A DNA stretch of 63,841 bases, the filler included, from Octopus bimaculoides (lineage: Eukaryota): NCBI RefSeq assembly GCF_001194135.2. It is 6 parts of 6 records of this genome, joined end to end, with 100 filler letters (N's around TTAATTAATTAA, not from the genome) between each part and the next. Parts side by side here need not be neighbours in the genome. Positions count along the whole stretch, not along the records: positions 32,609 to 56,701 come from NC_068988.1; 5 more parts are not named here. One strand, given 5' to 3'. Within the stretch, counting starts at the first letter, position 1; the number at the start of each line of letters is the position of its first letter. The notes under the pieces were generated by a model, which saw only the letters and a list, made by a program, of their open reading frames with translations, did not search any database and was not told the DNA's origin. A program made the position numbers and the translations under genes. This document shows, piece after piece, positions 35,006 through 48,790 of this stretch.

Positions 35006-35792
35006 NNNNNNNNNNNNNNNNNNNNNNNNNNNNNNNNNNNNNNNNNNNNNNNNNNNNNNNNNNNNNNNNNNNNNNNNNNNNNNNNNNNNNNNNNNNNNNN
35101 NNNNNNNNNNNNNNNNNNNNNNNNNNNNNNNNNNNNNNNNNNNNNNNNNNNNNNNNNNNNNNNNNNNNNNNNNNNNNNNNNNNNNNNNNNNNNNNNNNNN
35201 NNNNNNNNNNNNNNNNNNNNNNNNNNNNNNNNNNNNNNNNNNNNNNNNNNNNNNNNNNNNNNNNNNNNNNNNNNNNNNNNNNNNNNNNNNNNNNNNNNNN
35301 NNNNNNNNNNNNNNNNNNNNNNNNNNNNNNNNNNNNNNNNNNNNNNNNNNNNNNNNNNNNNNNNNNNNNNNNNNNNNNNNNNNNNNNNNNNNNNNNNNNN
35401 NNNNNNNNNNNNNNNNNNNNNNNNNNNNNNNNNNNNNNNNNNNNNNNNNNNNNNNNNNNNNNNNNNNNNNNNNNNNNNNNNNNNNNNNNNNNNNNNNNNN
35501 NNNNNNNNNNNNNNNNNNNNNNNNNNNNNNNNNNNNNNNNNNNNNNNNNNNNNNNNNNNNNNNNNNNNNNNNNNNNNNNNNNNNNNNNNNNNNNNNNNNN
35601 NNNNNNNNNNNNNNNNNNNNNNNNNNNNNNNNNNNNNNNNNNNNNNNNNNNNNNNNNNNNNNNNNNNNNNNNNNNNNNNNNNNNNNNNNNNNNNNNNNNN
35701 NNNNNNNNNNNNNNNNNNNNNNNNNNNNNNNNNNNNNNNNNNNNNNNNNNNNNNNNNNNNNNNNNNNNNNNNNNNNNNNNNNNNNNNNNNNN

Positions 35793-35851
<59 letters not shown>

Positions 35852-36539
35852 AACAAAGACAGAGACAGAGAGATAGATAAATACACTCAACACATATATG
35901 CTAAAATGTATGGACAAAAATACATCTGTATATACACGCACGCAGGCATTTCTGTCTTTGTATTATTTCATTATGTTATATATTACATAAGCATGTTTTG
36001 ATAAGTATTGTAATATAACGTTATGTGTAATATTATGTTATGCGCATATTAGTAACAAATAGATAATTGTATTTTAAATTAAATATTTTACTGTATTCAG
36101 CCTCTTTCGATGTCAGACTTAGTGTTAATAAACCAGCACTAGTTTCACATCATGCATCCCTTTTTTCTCTTTGCTACTAGATCCCTTATTCCAGTAAAGA
36201 CTGCGCTAAACATGTTAGCATTCTCCACCAAACAACAGTTGCAATAGAATGTACCGTAGATTATGTCTATTCACAATCTAATTAGAATGTCTTAAAATAG
36301 GAATCTAGTTTACTTTCCTACTAACGTTAGCCAGAATTAACCTGTAGTAGACTATATAATGGCTTGATTTCGCGACGAAGTATCTGATGGCAATGTCTTT
36401 GACACTACACAGGGTTTTTTTTCTGTTGAGTGTAACGAAATTTACTTCTAGCAGAAATTCAGTGAATTAGAATTTAATTTGTGCATTTCTTGCACATAAG
36501 ACTCTTCGTGACAATATTGATAATAAAAGTTGAGGTCAT

Positions 36540-36760
36540 TAAGGCGGCGAGCTGGCAAAAACGTTAGCACACCGGCCGTAACACTTAGCGGAATTTCGTT
36601 TGTCTTTACATTCTGAGTTCAAATTCTGCCGAAGTCGACTTTGCCTTTCATCCTTTCGGGGTCGATAAATTAAGTACCAGTTGCGTACTTGGGTCGATCT
36701 TATCGACTGATCACCTTCACCAAAATTTCGGGCCTCATCTTTAGTGTAGAAGAAAAGTAG
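36540..36760 (+). mobile_element. tRNA-derived SINE (GGCGGCGAGCTGGC family)
   Basis: GGCGGCGAGCTGGCAAAAACGTTAG head, GAGTTCAAATTC B box, GACTTTGCCTTTCATCCTTTCGGGGTCGATAAATTAAGTACCAG body. Confidence 0.9.
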
Positions 36761-39651
36761 GTTAGGTCATATGTATAGCTTGCAAGTTTCACTCACAAAC
36801 TGAACAAAGATAATTAGTAATGTGGGAGAGCGGAGTTCAGTAAAGTGCTGTTCACTATTAAGGGAATCTGACTATTAAGTTATGAAAATATATTCTTACT
36901 TTTGTACGTACTTTTTGATATCTTAATTTGCAGTAAAGCAGTGTCTCTGAATGACAATATGCATAGAGTGATAGATGTTATCCTTTAACGAGCTGCTGTT
37001 TTGGATAACTAGTTCTAATTTGTATAAAAGTGTACACACTGATAAAGTGAAGTGATTAATAAACTTAATGCAATATACAACAATTATTTGATAATCTTAG
37101 AAATAATATATTCTAACGTTGATTAGTTTGTTCCCTATTTTACATTAGTTTTAACATGAAGAGTGCGTGGCAAATCTTGTATACGCCATATAAAATCACA
37201 TCCTACAATTCACTCCGTAGACGGAAGATGTATAGCCTTTTGTTCAAAGACATTATAACCTAGTAATTACGTTCTCATAAACTCTTCCCATAGATAAACA
37301 AAGCTGAAGTATAATCCATTTGTTTACTTTTCAATGTGCGCTTAAAATAGAATGTTTATGAATAAACGAACACAACACTTTCAAATTAGCAATAAATACT
37401 CTATATTTCAGTATCAATTAATTAAGCGGAATAATCTCATATTTTTCGGAGTGAATACTAACAATCGATTGCATGTTTTCATTCAAGCATAGCGCAGATT
37501 AGGTTTCTGTTGATTTTTCAATATAAATTGAAAGATTATACTTTAAAATATTTAACTTTTGGAATATGTAACATGGCTGCAGAAATATTTAATTTCAGTA
37601 ATATGGAAAAAGAAACCTAATACAGTATTTAAAAAATCCCCAATCGCCAAAGGACATCAATATAAAATGAAAGAAAAAAACTAATGAATTAATAAAATAT
37701 ATAAAAAAAAAGACATGCGAATTAATATTGGGCGCACAATAAGATTAATCGCCATCTTTATATTGCAGGAATATATGACTTCTGTAAATCCTAGTTTGGC
37801 ATATATGCCTTAGAGGTTTACAGTTGGAAATCTATTTTAAACCAGATTATAAATGGTGATTTTAAATATACAAGGTATGTTAGCAGAAATATTCATATTG
37901 GAAAGACACACACACTCATTTTCGCACAAACACTCACTCTCTATTTTTCTCTCTTTCTCTTTCTCTCTCTCTCTTCCTCTCTCTCTCGCTCACACACACA
38001 TACACAAACACACAGAGAGGCAATCAAATATACACAACGACTCAAATGATTGCACACATATACTCATACATAAACACACAAAGACCCGCATGTTCATGTA
38101 TGTAAACACAAATGCATGTGTGTATACATATACGCCCGAGTGCATGTGCATATGCGTGTATATATATATATATATATATATATACATAAAGATGTATGCA
38201 CACACACACACAAACACACACACACACACGTGATATATGTACGAGTGAGATCTGTTGGTCTGTGCAATGAATATAGCTGGCATCTAGAAATTGGGTACGA
38301 AATAGATTCTGTATTGTTAACGTTAGTCACGAATTACATCAACACACATACTCTCTCTTTCTCTCTCTTCATCTCTCTCTCCCCTCTCTCTCTCTCTCAC
38401 ACACATACAGACACATACAAACACAGACAGACAAATATATTCGCACATACATTCATGCACAATCACGCATAAACAAACAACGCAAACACAATCTGACATC
38501 TGCACACGATTGCACAAATGCCCACCGATATTTCCTCTTCAAAGATACACAGATGCATAATAACATAACACAACGTTCTATACAGACATATCTTCCTCTA
38601 TACACACAGTTATATTATTTTCAGAGTATTTCGGGAACGTCAGGAATAGACAAAATAAGCCAAAAGGATAATAGAATTGAGTGAAATCATTACAATATTT
38701 TCGGTTGTAAGTACACTTTAAATAAAGTCACAAATGTACCCGGCATTTACTAGTACATAATGCGTCTGGAAATAAATCAATCTTTGAGAAACATGATTTA
38801 CTTATAGACGACAAAGAACACCCGATGTGAACCAATGTCATTCTATCCAGCCCAGAGGTATTGTGAGCCAATGATAATAAATTGAGCAGGACCAGGTAGC
38901 CAACCAGCACAGCAGCACATACGCGCGTGCATGCACACACATATACACACAGCAAGAGAGAGAGAGAGAATGAGAAGGAGAGAGAATGAGAAGGGGAGAG
39001 AAAGAGACAGTGAGATAGAACGAAAGAGATACATAGATAGATGTGTGTGAGATTTTGTGTGTTTGTCCTTACGTATGAATGCAACAGCTTTGCCGCCACA
39101 TGCCAGCAGGTATGGCCTGGTAGATTGTACCCCTACCCGTTAGCTATTCTGGGAGCCTAGATAGTCGTAAGAAGCACAATCTTGGTTCTCATTCTATGTA
39201 ACCAAATTTACATACAAAATGCGCGGGGATGGGGAGAAGAAAATTGGCGGGCAACCTTTCTGGTACACATTCGAGGATGAACAAGAATGGAGTACCATGA
39301 AAAGGGTGACATACTCAGACACATAATGGGATCCCAGATCAATAATCAAATCCACGACATAATGATCACGACTACAACATTCCGAGACGATGGATTAACT
39401 GTCGTGAAGTTACACATACACAAACACACGTATGCACACGCACACACACACGCGCACAAACACACATATAACCATTCACGCTCATAGAGAAGGAATGAGG
39501 TNNNNNNNNNNNNNNNNNNNNNNNNNNNNNNNNNNNNNNNNNNNNNNNNNNNNNNNNNNNNNNNNNNNNNNNNNNNNNNNNNNNNNNNNNNNNNNNNNNN
39601 NNNNNNNNNNNNNNNNNNNNNNNNNNNNNNNNNNNNNNNNNNNNNNNNNNT

Positions 39652-39719
<68 letters not shown>

Positions 39720-39724
<5 letters not shown>

Positions 39725-39905
39725 TCGAAAAATACCTTAGGAGTGAAAACCCAGGTTCGAAATTTCTCCAAGACACCTCATGAAGGCTGGATGGTATAAC
39801 AGCCGAAATGTTGTGTTAACAACAAAAAAGATGAGGACAAATATCTGTCAAATGTAAATAATGTAAATAATGTACATAATTCCTAATCTCTTAAATATAG
39901 AACTG
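39720..39905 (+). mobile_element. Short repeat carrying a degenerate minimal type I hammerhead ribozyme motif (39772-39817), following (CAA)n(TAA)n
   Basis: GACAC-CTCATGA-A-GGCTG-loop-CAGCC-GAAA-TGTT-GTGT: stems I and II are complementary; the core differs from CUGAUGA/GAAAC at 2 positions. Confidence 0.65.
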
Positions 39906-42400
39906 TTTTCTCTTCTTTTTCTCTCATTCCATTAATGAATTTATCTTCGATCTGCCCTTTTTGATCGTTGCATTTTGGTTTGTCACTACTTAACCGCTCA
40001 CACATGCATACACACATACTCACCGACACTCCTACACTCACACATACATATTTGATTATATACAGCGATTTAGAGTTAATGCATACCAGAAATAATCTGA
40101 ATCACAAACTATGTGTATTTTTTTTTTAGGCCTATACTGATGGAACGTTTGATGGACTCATATTATACTCAGAGTATCATTTTGTTTGAGTCTACTATTG
40201 TTTAGTTTACAGAGCAAAGCTCTGTTCTTTTGTGTTATTTTGTATATGTCCTCTGTGACATATGCGATTGTAGATTCTAATCTCGTGTACACCTCACGCA
40301 TTTGTTTACCATTCAGTCATAATGTCGAATAATAATAAATAAATGCATAATATCAGTCCACAACCCTTTAGTCTAATTTAAATTCAATCATCGAATTGGC
40401 TGTTACTGCTATTCCTCAAGTTATTGTTAATTTTGTTGTGTTGTTGTTGTTGTTGTTGTTGTTGCTGTTGTTGTTGTTGTTGCAGTTGTCGTCTAAGCAA
40501 CCTAATTACCTGAATGCCGAGTTATAGTGTAAAATTCGCTAAAGTTTTGCATTTGTTATCATTTTTGACAAGCAATACATTTTAAATCAGGAAATTTATT
40601 TTATTTCAATTATTAATAATAATGCAGTTATCTTAATTTTTTTTCTCTTTTCGTTAGCGTTTACTCACATTCTCTACAGAACTTTATTCTACTTTGACAA
40701 ATGATTGATTAAGATGTAAATATTTCATCAAAATGCAATATTTTGTATATCCATCACAGCTATCTGAAAGAACTCTGCAACAATTCTATTCAAATTTAAA
40801 ATTGAATAGATTGAATAGCGTATTTATTCAATTCATGTTTGTCTCGAAAGAGAAATGCATAATACAATACAGAAATGCTCACTTTCTATAAATTGTACGG
40901 TTGTTGTCATTGTTGTTGTTCTTCATTGTGGTGGTGGTGGTGGTGGTAGTGGCGTTTAACCCTGATCGTCCTTGATCAAGCAAACTATGATCAAAGAAGT
41001 GCTCTAATGATCTTATCTCTTTGATTTTCATACGCACTTATCCTTTATGTAAGATTGTATGATGTGATATGACGGAGGGGGCCTGGGGAGGTATTTTCTA
41101 ACACACCGAGAGATTACGTGATAGCCTCCTCGTTTGGTGTGAAAGATACACTGTAAGATATATTGTATTGATATTTTTGTAAAACGATTCATAAATTATT
41201 TTCTAAATTGTGAGAAAAGAAATGTATATCAATGTTGAAAGGAGCAGCAATGCGGTTGCGTTTGGTGAGGCACATTAATGATGAGTTTATAGCTTGCATT
41301 CACACCAATTCCACAATACAAGGTTGTTAATTGTGGGTGATTTCTTTGGAACGAAAAGGTTTTCTATGCAGATTAATGGTAGCATTGAATAACTTCATTT
41401 CCGGGATTCGTTTTGGTTCTCTAAGATCTGAGTTTAAAAACCACTCAAAGGTGAAAATTAATCTCCAATATTTACTAACGATAAATAAAGTACAAATTCT
41501 TTAGAGGGGAGGACGTTATTTTTCCCTCACATTTTCTTTCCGACTTTCAAACTACGGGAAGTAATCGGTTGACATTTGACTTGGAGACTGAAGTGCCACG
41601 CTTGGCAAGAGAAACCGGATGTCATGACAATGTTTCTAAGTCTCACTGAATTCGGTGAGAAGCCAAGAGAAGTCAAAGGTAGATATCACATCCCGATGGC
41701 ATTTAACATATCCTATGTCATCATTTTCGGAGCAGTTTACGCACTGTATTTAGTATGTTTCTGCTAAGAGGTCGACGTTTCTTTCATTAAGCATATTTTA
41801 TTTAGATGGTCTTCAGAAGATAACCTATAGATTTAATACATTTATGGCTATTGACCTGCGGATAGCTGCGGCTGTCCCGTCACTGCATTGAGGTAACTTC
41901 AGGAAATAGGTATTACAATAAATCCGCAGTTTCTTGGGCTTACGCGACCATTCATAGCTGCCAAGTTGTAGTTACCTTCAATTATCTTGTATAATTTATG
42001 ATCTGTGAATTCAAATTTTCTGTCCCGATACAGCAATGTTCGTTTTCTATATACCGACCGTGGAACGGATATGGAGTATGTAGTACACAGATAAATTCTT
42101 GCATGCGTCTTTATTGTAGACTTTGTTTGATCGGACATTCCTCTCATACTTTTAATTGAAATCTACTACTGTAAGGAGGCCAGTGTCTGAGCATTTTATG
42201 CGGATTCGTATGCTGTTATCTAGGCATAGAAAGGTAAGTTGGAAAGCTCTTAGTAGGTCTGGTCGAAAGACTAGATTAATGTCGTCTTGTCTACCAGATT
42301 CCTTTTCTAGTCATTGCGCAATCCTGTAAGCAAAACAATAATACTCAAAAACATCCAACATACATGCTCTCTCTAACTCTCTTTCACACACACACACACA

Positions 42401-42445
<45 letters not shown>

Positions 42446-42896
42446 ACACGCATATGTAAATGTGTTTATATTCATTTTTGTTTTTTCATTTTATCTAGTT
42501 TCAGCTCATGAGCTGTGGCCATGCCGGGGCACCGCCATTTTGCTGAAACTTATATGTATATGCGTATATAAACATACGTGTATGCATATATATATATTTA
42601 CACATATACACAGGTATTCATATAATATATATATGTGTGTGTATGGTGGACTGTGTAATTAGCATAAATTAAACAAAGTTAGCTAAGAACCCAAACTTTT
42701 TCGATTATTCATTTCTATTGTATGCTTAAATTTGTTGCATGTCATGTTTTAATTAACCGGCTTAATTAATTCGTGTAACTTATGTGTGTATGGTAATGGA
42801 AGTCTCTGATATCTCGATTGCATTTGTTTACCAGAATTCTGTGTTCAAGTATTTCATGCCATATCGTATTTAGAATGAAATTCGATGTCGATGAGT

Positions 42897-42946
<50 letters not shown>

Positions 42947-43216
42947 AAGAGAGGCAAAGAGAGTTTGAGGGAAAAATAGAAACTAACGTACTGAGATAAT
43001 GTGTGTAAGAGATTATATAAGGAATATATGCCAACAGACATGGAAACGTGTGTGTACAAATGTATGTGGGTTTATAATACATGAAAACACAGAGACTTAC
43101 GCACATACATATATATATATATATATATAAAGAGAGAGAGAGAAAGAGATACATATCTGCATATACATATATATATATANNNNNNNNNNAGAGAGAGAGA
43201 GAGAGAGAGAGAGAGT

Positions 43217-43260
<44 letters not shown>

Positions 43261-43669
43261 AAAGGGATTGAGAGAAATAGATTTTTTAATTGAAAATAAA
43301 TAATTGCATTTGCTTGCAGATATTTACATAGATCATCTAATGTTACCTAGATAATGAGGAAATATGTAAACGCTGCTGTAGACAGCTGTCTGTTTGTTTT
43401 CATCATCGGTTGGCAAAGGTGAGAAAATAGCCTTAGCTTGTTTAAGCAATGAAGTGATGCGGAACATCCACTTGTGTGCTTAGCTGAGAAATCATTTAAC
43501 CAAATCGATCTAGGAGGTGAGAGAAAAGAAACCAAAAATCACCAGAAACTACACAACAGTTATTAAAACATTCAACCGTGTATGTTCAGACTTTGAGAGT
43601 GTTTCATATCAGCTGGTGACTAAGACATTTCACGAACACATAAAATGAATTTCTTTTCCAATAGCTCCT

Positions 43670-43952
43670 CTCCTTTGTCTTTGACGACACTTCTCCCCTC
43701 CTCTTCCACTTGCTCTCTCCTCTTCCTCCTGTTCTCTCCTCTTCTTCCTGCTCTCTCCTCTTCCTCCTGCTCTCTCCTCTTCCTCCTCCTCTCTCCTCTT
43801 CCTCCTCTACTTTCCACTTCCTCCTCCAATTTCCTCTTCCTCCTCCGCTTTCTTCTTCCTCCTCCTCTCTCCTCTTCCTCCTCCTCTCTCCTATTCCTCC
43901 TCCTTTCCGCTGTTCCTTCTCCTTCCACTTTTCCTTCCCCACCTCCTCCCCC
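43670..43952. repeat. Long polypyrimidine/polypurine (CTC/CTT) tract
   Basis: About 280 bp almost purely C/T on the + strand. Confidence 0.9.
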
Positions 43953-43963
43953 TAGTATATTGT

Positions 43964-44310
43964 CATGAAAATATAGCAACGATTGTCCATTGGATACTTC
44001 GCAACAAGTATGGACTTGACAGAGCAAAAAGGTGGTAAGTTCATAAACACGAAGTCATCATCGAAAATGATAATGCAAAGACCCTTATTGGATTGTTTGA
44101 TTCAGTGGAACCATGAGATAGGGAATAAGAAACCAGACATAGTGTTAATTGAGAAATATTACAAAAGTTTTGTCTCCTTGGCTCGGCCAGAAAAATCAGG
44201 AAAGTATTAGATAGTTGAAAGAACAGGTAGCATGGTAGCGTACGCTGCAGGTAGTAAGCTCGCTACGCATGCAAAACTCCAGGAGCTCAAACAAACCATG
44301 TGATACAGAG

Positions 44311-44392
<82 letters not shown>

Positions 44393-44400
44393 TAATAATA
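43964..44400 (+). mobile_element. R4/Dong-like LINE 3' fragment (RLE domain) with (TAA)n tail
   Basis: HENIATIVHWILRNKYGLDRAKRW*VHKHEVIIEND...IQWNHEIGNKKPDIVLIEK (PD motif of restriction-like endonuclease). Confidence 0.75.
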
Positions 44401-44409
44401 TGACAAACT

Positions 44410-44990
44410 GTATATGCCAGGATGCAGTACCAGGCAGTGGCTCTCATGGCTTCTGATCTCAATTGATTGGAAGTGTTATCATGTACATTGTTTTATCTTG
44501 GTATAAAAGATGGGCTACAGCAAATATTCTACTCAATACCACAGATTTGCTTGTCAGTTGTTTGACCATAACCAGTTGAGCATGTCCCTTGGTGGCTAAC
44601 GATATGTGCATCTCTGATCATGAGCAGAAGTAGTGGGGGAGCATCATAGTCATGTTTTGAAAGGAATTCTTTGGGGTTTGAATAATTTACCTTTGGAAAC
44701 ATGGGTGTTTTGCTCAACATCCTTAAACAAACATTGAAGGACCTTTTGAGCGTGATGAGCTACTCGACCTGAAGAAAATTCTAACTGGGCCCCACCTGCG
44801 AGGCCATGCGCTGTTTATTATCTTGATATGAGATCACCATGTCACACACATGTGGTTGTGTTCCAATGCCTTGTGTACTCTTATCAGACGAGTAGTCATG
44901 ATGGGTATACTGGGCTTCGTATATTTTAACCCAGTGTCACTTTGATGGCATGTGCCACTCTCTCACTCAGTAATAATAATAATAATAATA
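44410..44990 (+). mobile_element. SINE-like family D, longest copy, with (TAA)n tail
   Basis: Homologous to 10290-10759(-), 56802-57105 and 57334-57615. Confidence 0.85.
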
Positions 44991-44995
44991 ATAAC

Positions 44996-45030
<35 letters not shown>

Positions 45031-45500
45031 TAATAATAATAATCATGATAATAATAATACTTTCTAACATAGGTGTAAGGTGTAAACTTTTTGGAGAGGA
45101 GACTAGCCGTGCGTGACTGGGTTTTTCTTTTGTTAAGATTTGATTCGACTTAAAACATTTGCTCTTTCTTTACGATTGCAGTATAAGTGCCGCTACCATT
45201 GTGGGGAGCCATTTGTTTGCGTTTTTCCATATCTTCATGAATTATAAAAGATAGTCATGGAAAAACAAAAGAAATGATAAAATATCAATCAATGACGAAC
45301 AACATTTGTTTCATGCCTATGTTAAAGCAGAGGGTCACGAAATGTCAAATCCGTGTCCTGGTAAAAATATACTAATAGATACTTTTCCCAGGCGGTAATT
45401 TTTTTGTCCTATTTCTTAAGGAGTCCCATAATAATTTCCTATTTCTTAAGGAGTCCGATAATACAAGACTACACATAGAAGGCGATAAAACATCACCAGC

Positions 45501-45575
<75 letters not shown>

Positions 45576-46996
45576 TGATGATGATGATGACAACCACCAC
45601 AACAACAATTCTGATGACGATGATGATGATGCTGATAGTACTTCATTGCTGTACAAGATCAAAGCCTTCATAACCGAAACCACCAAAAGCATGTAATGAA
45701 GCGGAATACATTAAGTAAATGCATAATATGTGGTAGTTAGAGAGAAACAATTAAGCGCATTGTCTCTAACTGCCCGGTATTAACTAGGAAAGATTACGTT
45801 TATGAGCATGACAATTTCAGGGCTTCAGAACACTGGAAGTTATGCTGGCACAGAATACAAACAGTAAAGAGGTGGTATAAATGTACATAGAAAATCATTC
45901 ATCGAATGTCATAATGACCATGCTAAGGGGACGAAAAGGCAGAATCGTAAGGGCGTAGGACAAATTGCCTGAGCAATAAATTATACCGATTTTCTACGCT
46001 CTGTGTTCAGTTCCCACTGAAATTAACTTTGCTTTCATTCCCTTCATGTTCGACAAGGTTTCTGTGAATTGGAGTGTTAGGTAGACTTCAAGGGGGACTT
46101 TCCTTGTGGCTTCTATTTCCGTCTTTGTGCTTTGTATTCTGGGAGAAGTAGTGTGGTACTTGGTTGACTTACGTGTAATTCAGTTTGCTTGAAACATCCA
46201 AAAAGATCGCTGACTGCTGAGAAATGTCCCGATTCTCCTCACACTAGTCTTGAGAAAAAAACAAACGAAAGAAAAAAAAACTTAAAGTGAAAATTTCTGT
46301 TTTCTAATGCGGTAAAATGAAAATACCATTTTCTATTTTCTAAATCTGTACAATTTATTATCCAACCCACATATGTCAGAAGTGGGTATTATTATCAAGG
46401 AAACTGAGGAATCGAATGCATCTTAAATCCGATAATGTCTCTTTAGAACTGGAAAATAAATCCCGAATTAATCTCTATAATAATAGTACCTTGGGGACAA
46501 TTCTCAGACTTTCTGAGACTTCGAGAAAAATACATACTCAAAATCACAGTATTGACAAAAATTGTCGAAAAAATAGAATATCTGGAAAATTCTATATAGA
46601 GGGTTCTCAGTAAATTACATTATACTAATAATAGAAAATACGTACATATAACGTAGAATATTATCATTGTAGCAGTGTGCAAGAACAAAACACAGAATTA
46701 AAAGTAACTGTGCTGCGTTCTGTTATGAAGTGAAAGCCTGCAGTAAAAAAAACTAAAAAATGAAATGAGTGAATGAGAGAATGAATGAAAATTCCAGTCC
46801 CCATATCAGAGGTTGACAAGTCTCAAATACTGCGGTTACCATTCGCATATAAAGAAGTTTTGAGCTGATGATCATATCTGGATGAAAAGAGTCGGTGAGC
46901 TTCTATAAGTCTATCAATACCACCGAATGAAGAACCCATAGTTCCAGGGCGAGATCTTTTAAACATTCGACTACAGTATGCTTAAGTGATATATAA

Positions 46997-47035
<39 letters not shown>

Positions 47036-47640
47036 CATAAACATATAGATAGATAAATAGATAGATGGATAAATGGATATCTGTAAATATATGCATATGT
47101 GTGCGCGTATGTGTGTGTGAGTATGTGTGTGCGTGCGCGCGCGCGTACATGGATGTGCGTATGGGTTAATGGTTGATTTTATGCTAAGTTATAAGAGAGA
47201 CAATTTTACATTCCCGAAGGATTACTAGACACTTTCTTGGCATATTTTTTTAATTACTATTTTTTACAAAAATAGTATTAATAATGACATCAAAGTTTCG
47301 GCGTGCTGAACCATCATATAAATGATTCATACATGCGCACACACACACGCGCACCTAATCAGAGAGTGAGACAGACAAACAGACAGACACACACGCACAT
47401 ACACACACACACATATGTAGTATGTATATAATTGATGATTTGATGATACTGATTTCATTACTTCTTAGGAACTTCTTGTCAAAGACTGACGAAATATAAA
47501 TCTACCTTGGTGAAATCTGAACTCACTATCTCATGAACCATTATATAGCAATATATCTGTTTGTATGCGCGCGCGCGTGTGTGTGTGTGTGTGTGTGTGT
47601 GCCCGTGCGCTTGTGTGTGTGTGTGTGTATNNNNNNNNNN

Positions 47641-47678
<38 letters not shown>

Positions 47679-47959
47679 GTTTGTATACAAACTTCTTGCC
47701 AGTTCAAATAAACGTGAGACATATTCGAATCTGTAAGCAAGCTATTCACCATATATTGTCACGGACAAAATTTTCTCGCAGGAGACACTTAAGCGTAAAC
47801 AGCCAGATTCAGTTTGAAGCGCACCCTAACCAAACTGATGGATGTCTGCATTTCGAGATGGTTATTTCCTCTTCAGGATCAGATACTATAAAGCTGAACG
47901 CTTCGAACTAACAAGAGATAGGTTTCTCTTATTATTATATTTGCCACATCGTAATGTGA

Positions 47960-48150
47960 GCCCCTACTGAAATTGTTTCTCTTAGGGATAGCAAGGATTA
48001 TCAGGAGAGTCCTAACCACTTGAAAGATTACTGAAAACTTATGGATATCTAAGGATTCAGGTATTAACTCGCTATGAATATAATTCTTACCGAACATGTG
48101 CCAAACCAAAATATTAATAATGATAATAATGATAATAATAATAATAACAT
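47960..48150 (+). mobile_element. R4/Dong-like extreme 3' end with (TAA)-type tail
   Basis: LGIARIIRRVLTT* matches the LGTARI.R.VL C-terminus; the UTR resembles 59427-59570(-). Confidence 0.6.
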
Positions 48151-48218
48151 ATTTACTGATTTGCTGAGAGAGGTGTACGTACATACATACATACATATAT
48201 ACATACTTACATACTTAC

Positions 48219-48249
<31 letters not shown>

Positions 48250-48257
48250 CATACATA

Positions 48258-48790
48258 CATAGACCTGACATTGTGATTTCTGATTGAGAAGATAAACTGT
48301 GTACACCTGTGCAAATCAGGTGCCAAGCAGATGTTATTATATAGCTAGAGATCAGCGAGAAAGGAAATAACTACGCTGAATTATTGGCATATGTAACACA
48401 CTGCCTAATTACTAATCTTGCGAAATTAGTCTTCTCAAAACCAGAAAGAAGAAAGCTGATTCGAAGTGTACAGATCCAAGTCATCACTGGAACTGTAAAA
48501 ACCTGCAAAATCTTGAATTTTATCATTTAAATATACATGAACATGTCTAGATATGAAACTACATGCATGAGAATACATTGATAAAACAAAACATACAAAT
48601 CTGAACCTGCATAGACTCCAAATACTGAACATATACGCACATACCTGCAAAAATAACATGTCAATGTTATTGAAATTCAAATGAAGGATATTGGATCTAG
48701 GTTAGAAACCGGCTTGTTCTCCATTGGCAAGAAATCTTGAAATAAGACTGAATAATAACATACATATATTCATATATGCATACATATATA
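48258..48790 (+). mobile_element. 5'-truncated Dong-like LINE (RLE domain to 3' UTR) flanked on both sides by (TACA)n
   Basis: RPDIVISD*EDKLCTPVQIRCQADV and ERRKLIRSVQIQVITGTVKTCK; (TACA)n at about 48178-48258 and 48780-48826. Confidence 0.7.

Noticed and set aside
41899-42330. 82-aa minus ORF, a strong minus acceptor at about 42325 and a plus donor AAG|GTAAGT at 42233
   Set aside because: All frames after the acceptor stop within 11 codons; the plus donor lacks a good upstream acceptor; no coherent model
45407-45463. 30-bp tandem duplication TCCTATTTCTTAAGGAGTCC.ATAATA
   Set aside because: An ordinary slippage duplication beside a microsatellite
46416-46613. 65-aa ORF and an antisense hydrophobic reading (FSTIFVNTVILSMYF) as an ion-channel/receptor TM segment
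   Set aside because: Resemblance is too weak; no supporting neighbouring exons or motifs
47285-47325. Hammerhead-like GCCGAAAC on the minus strand
   Set aside because: No CUGANGA core, no palindromic stem III and no stem I
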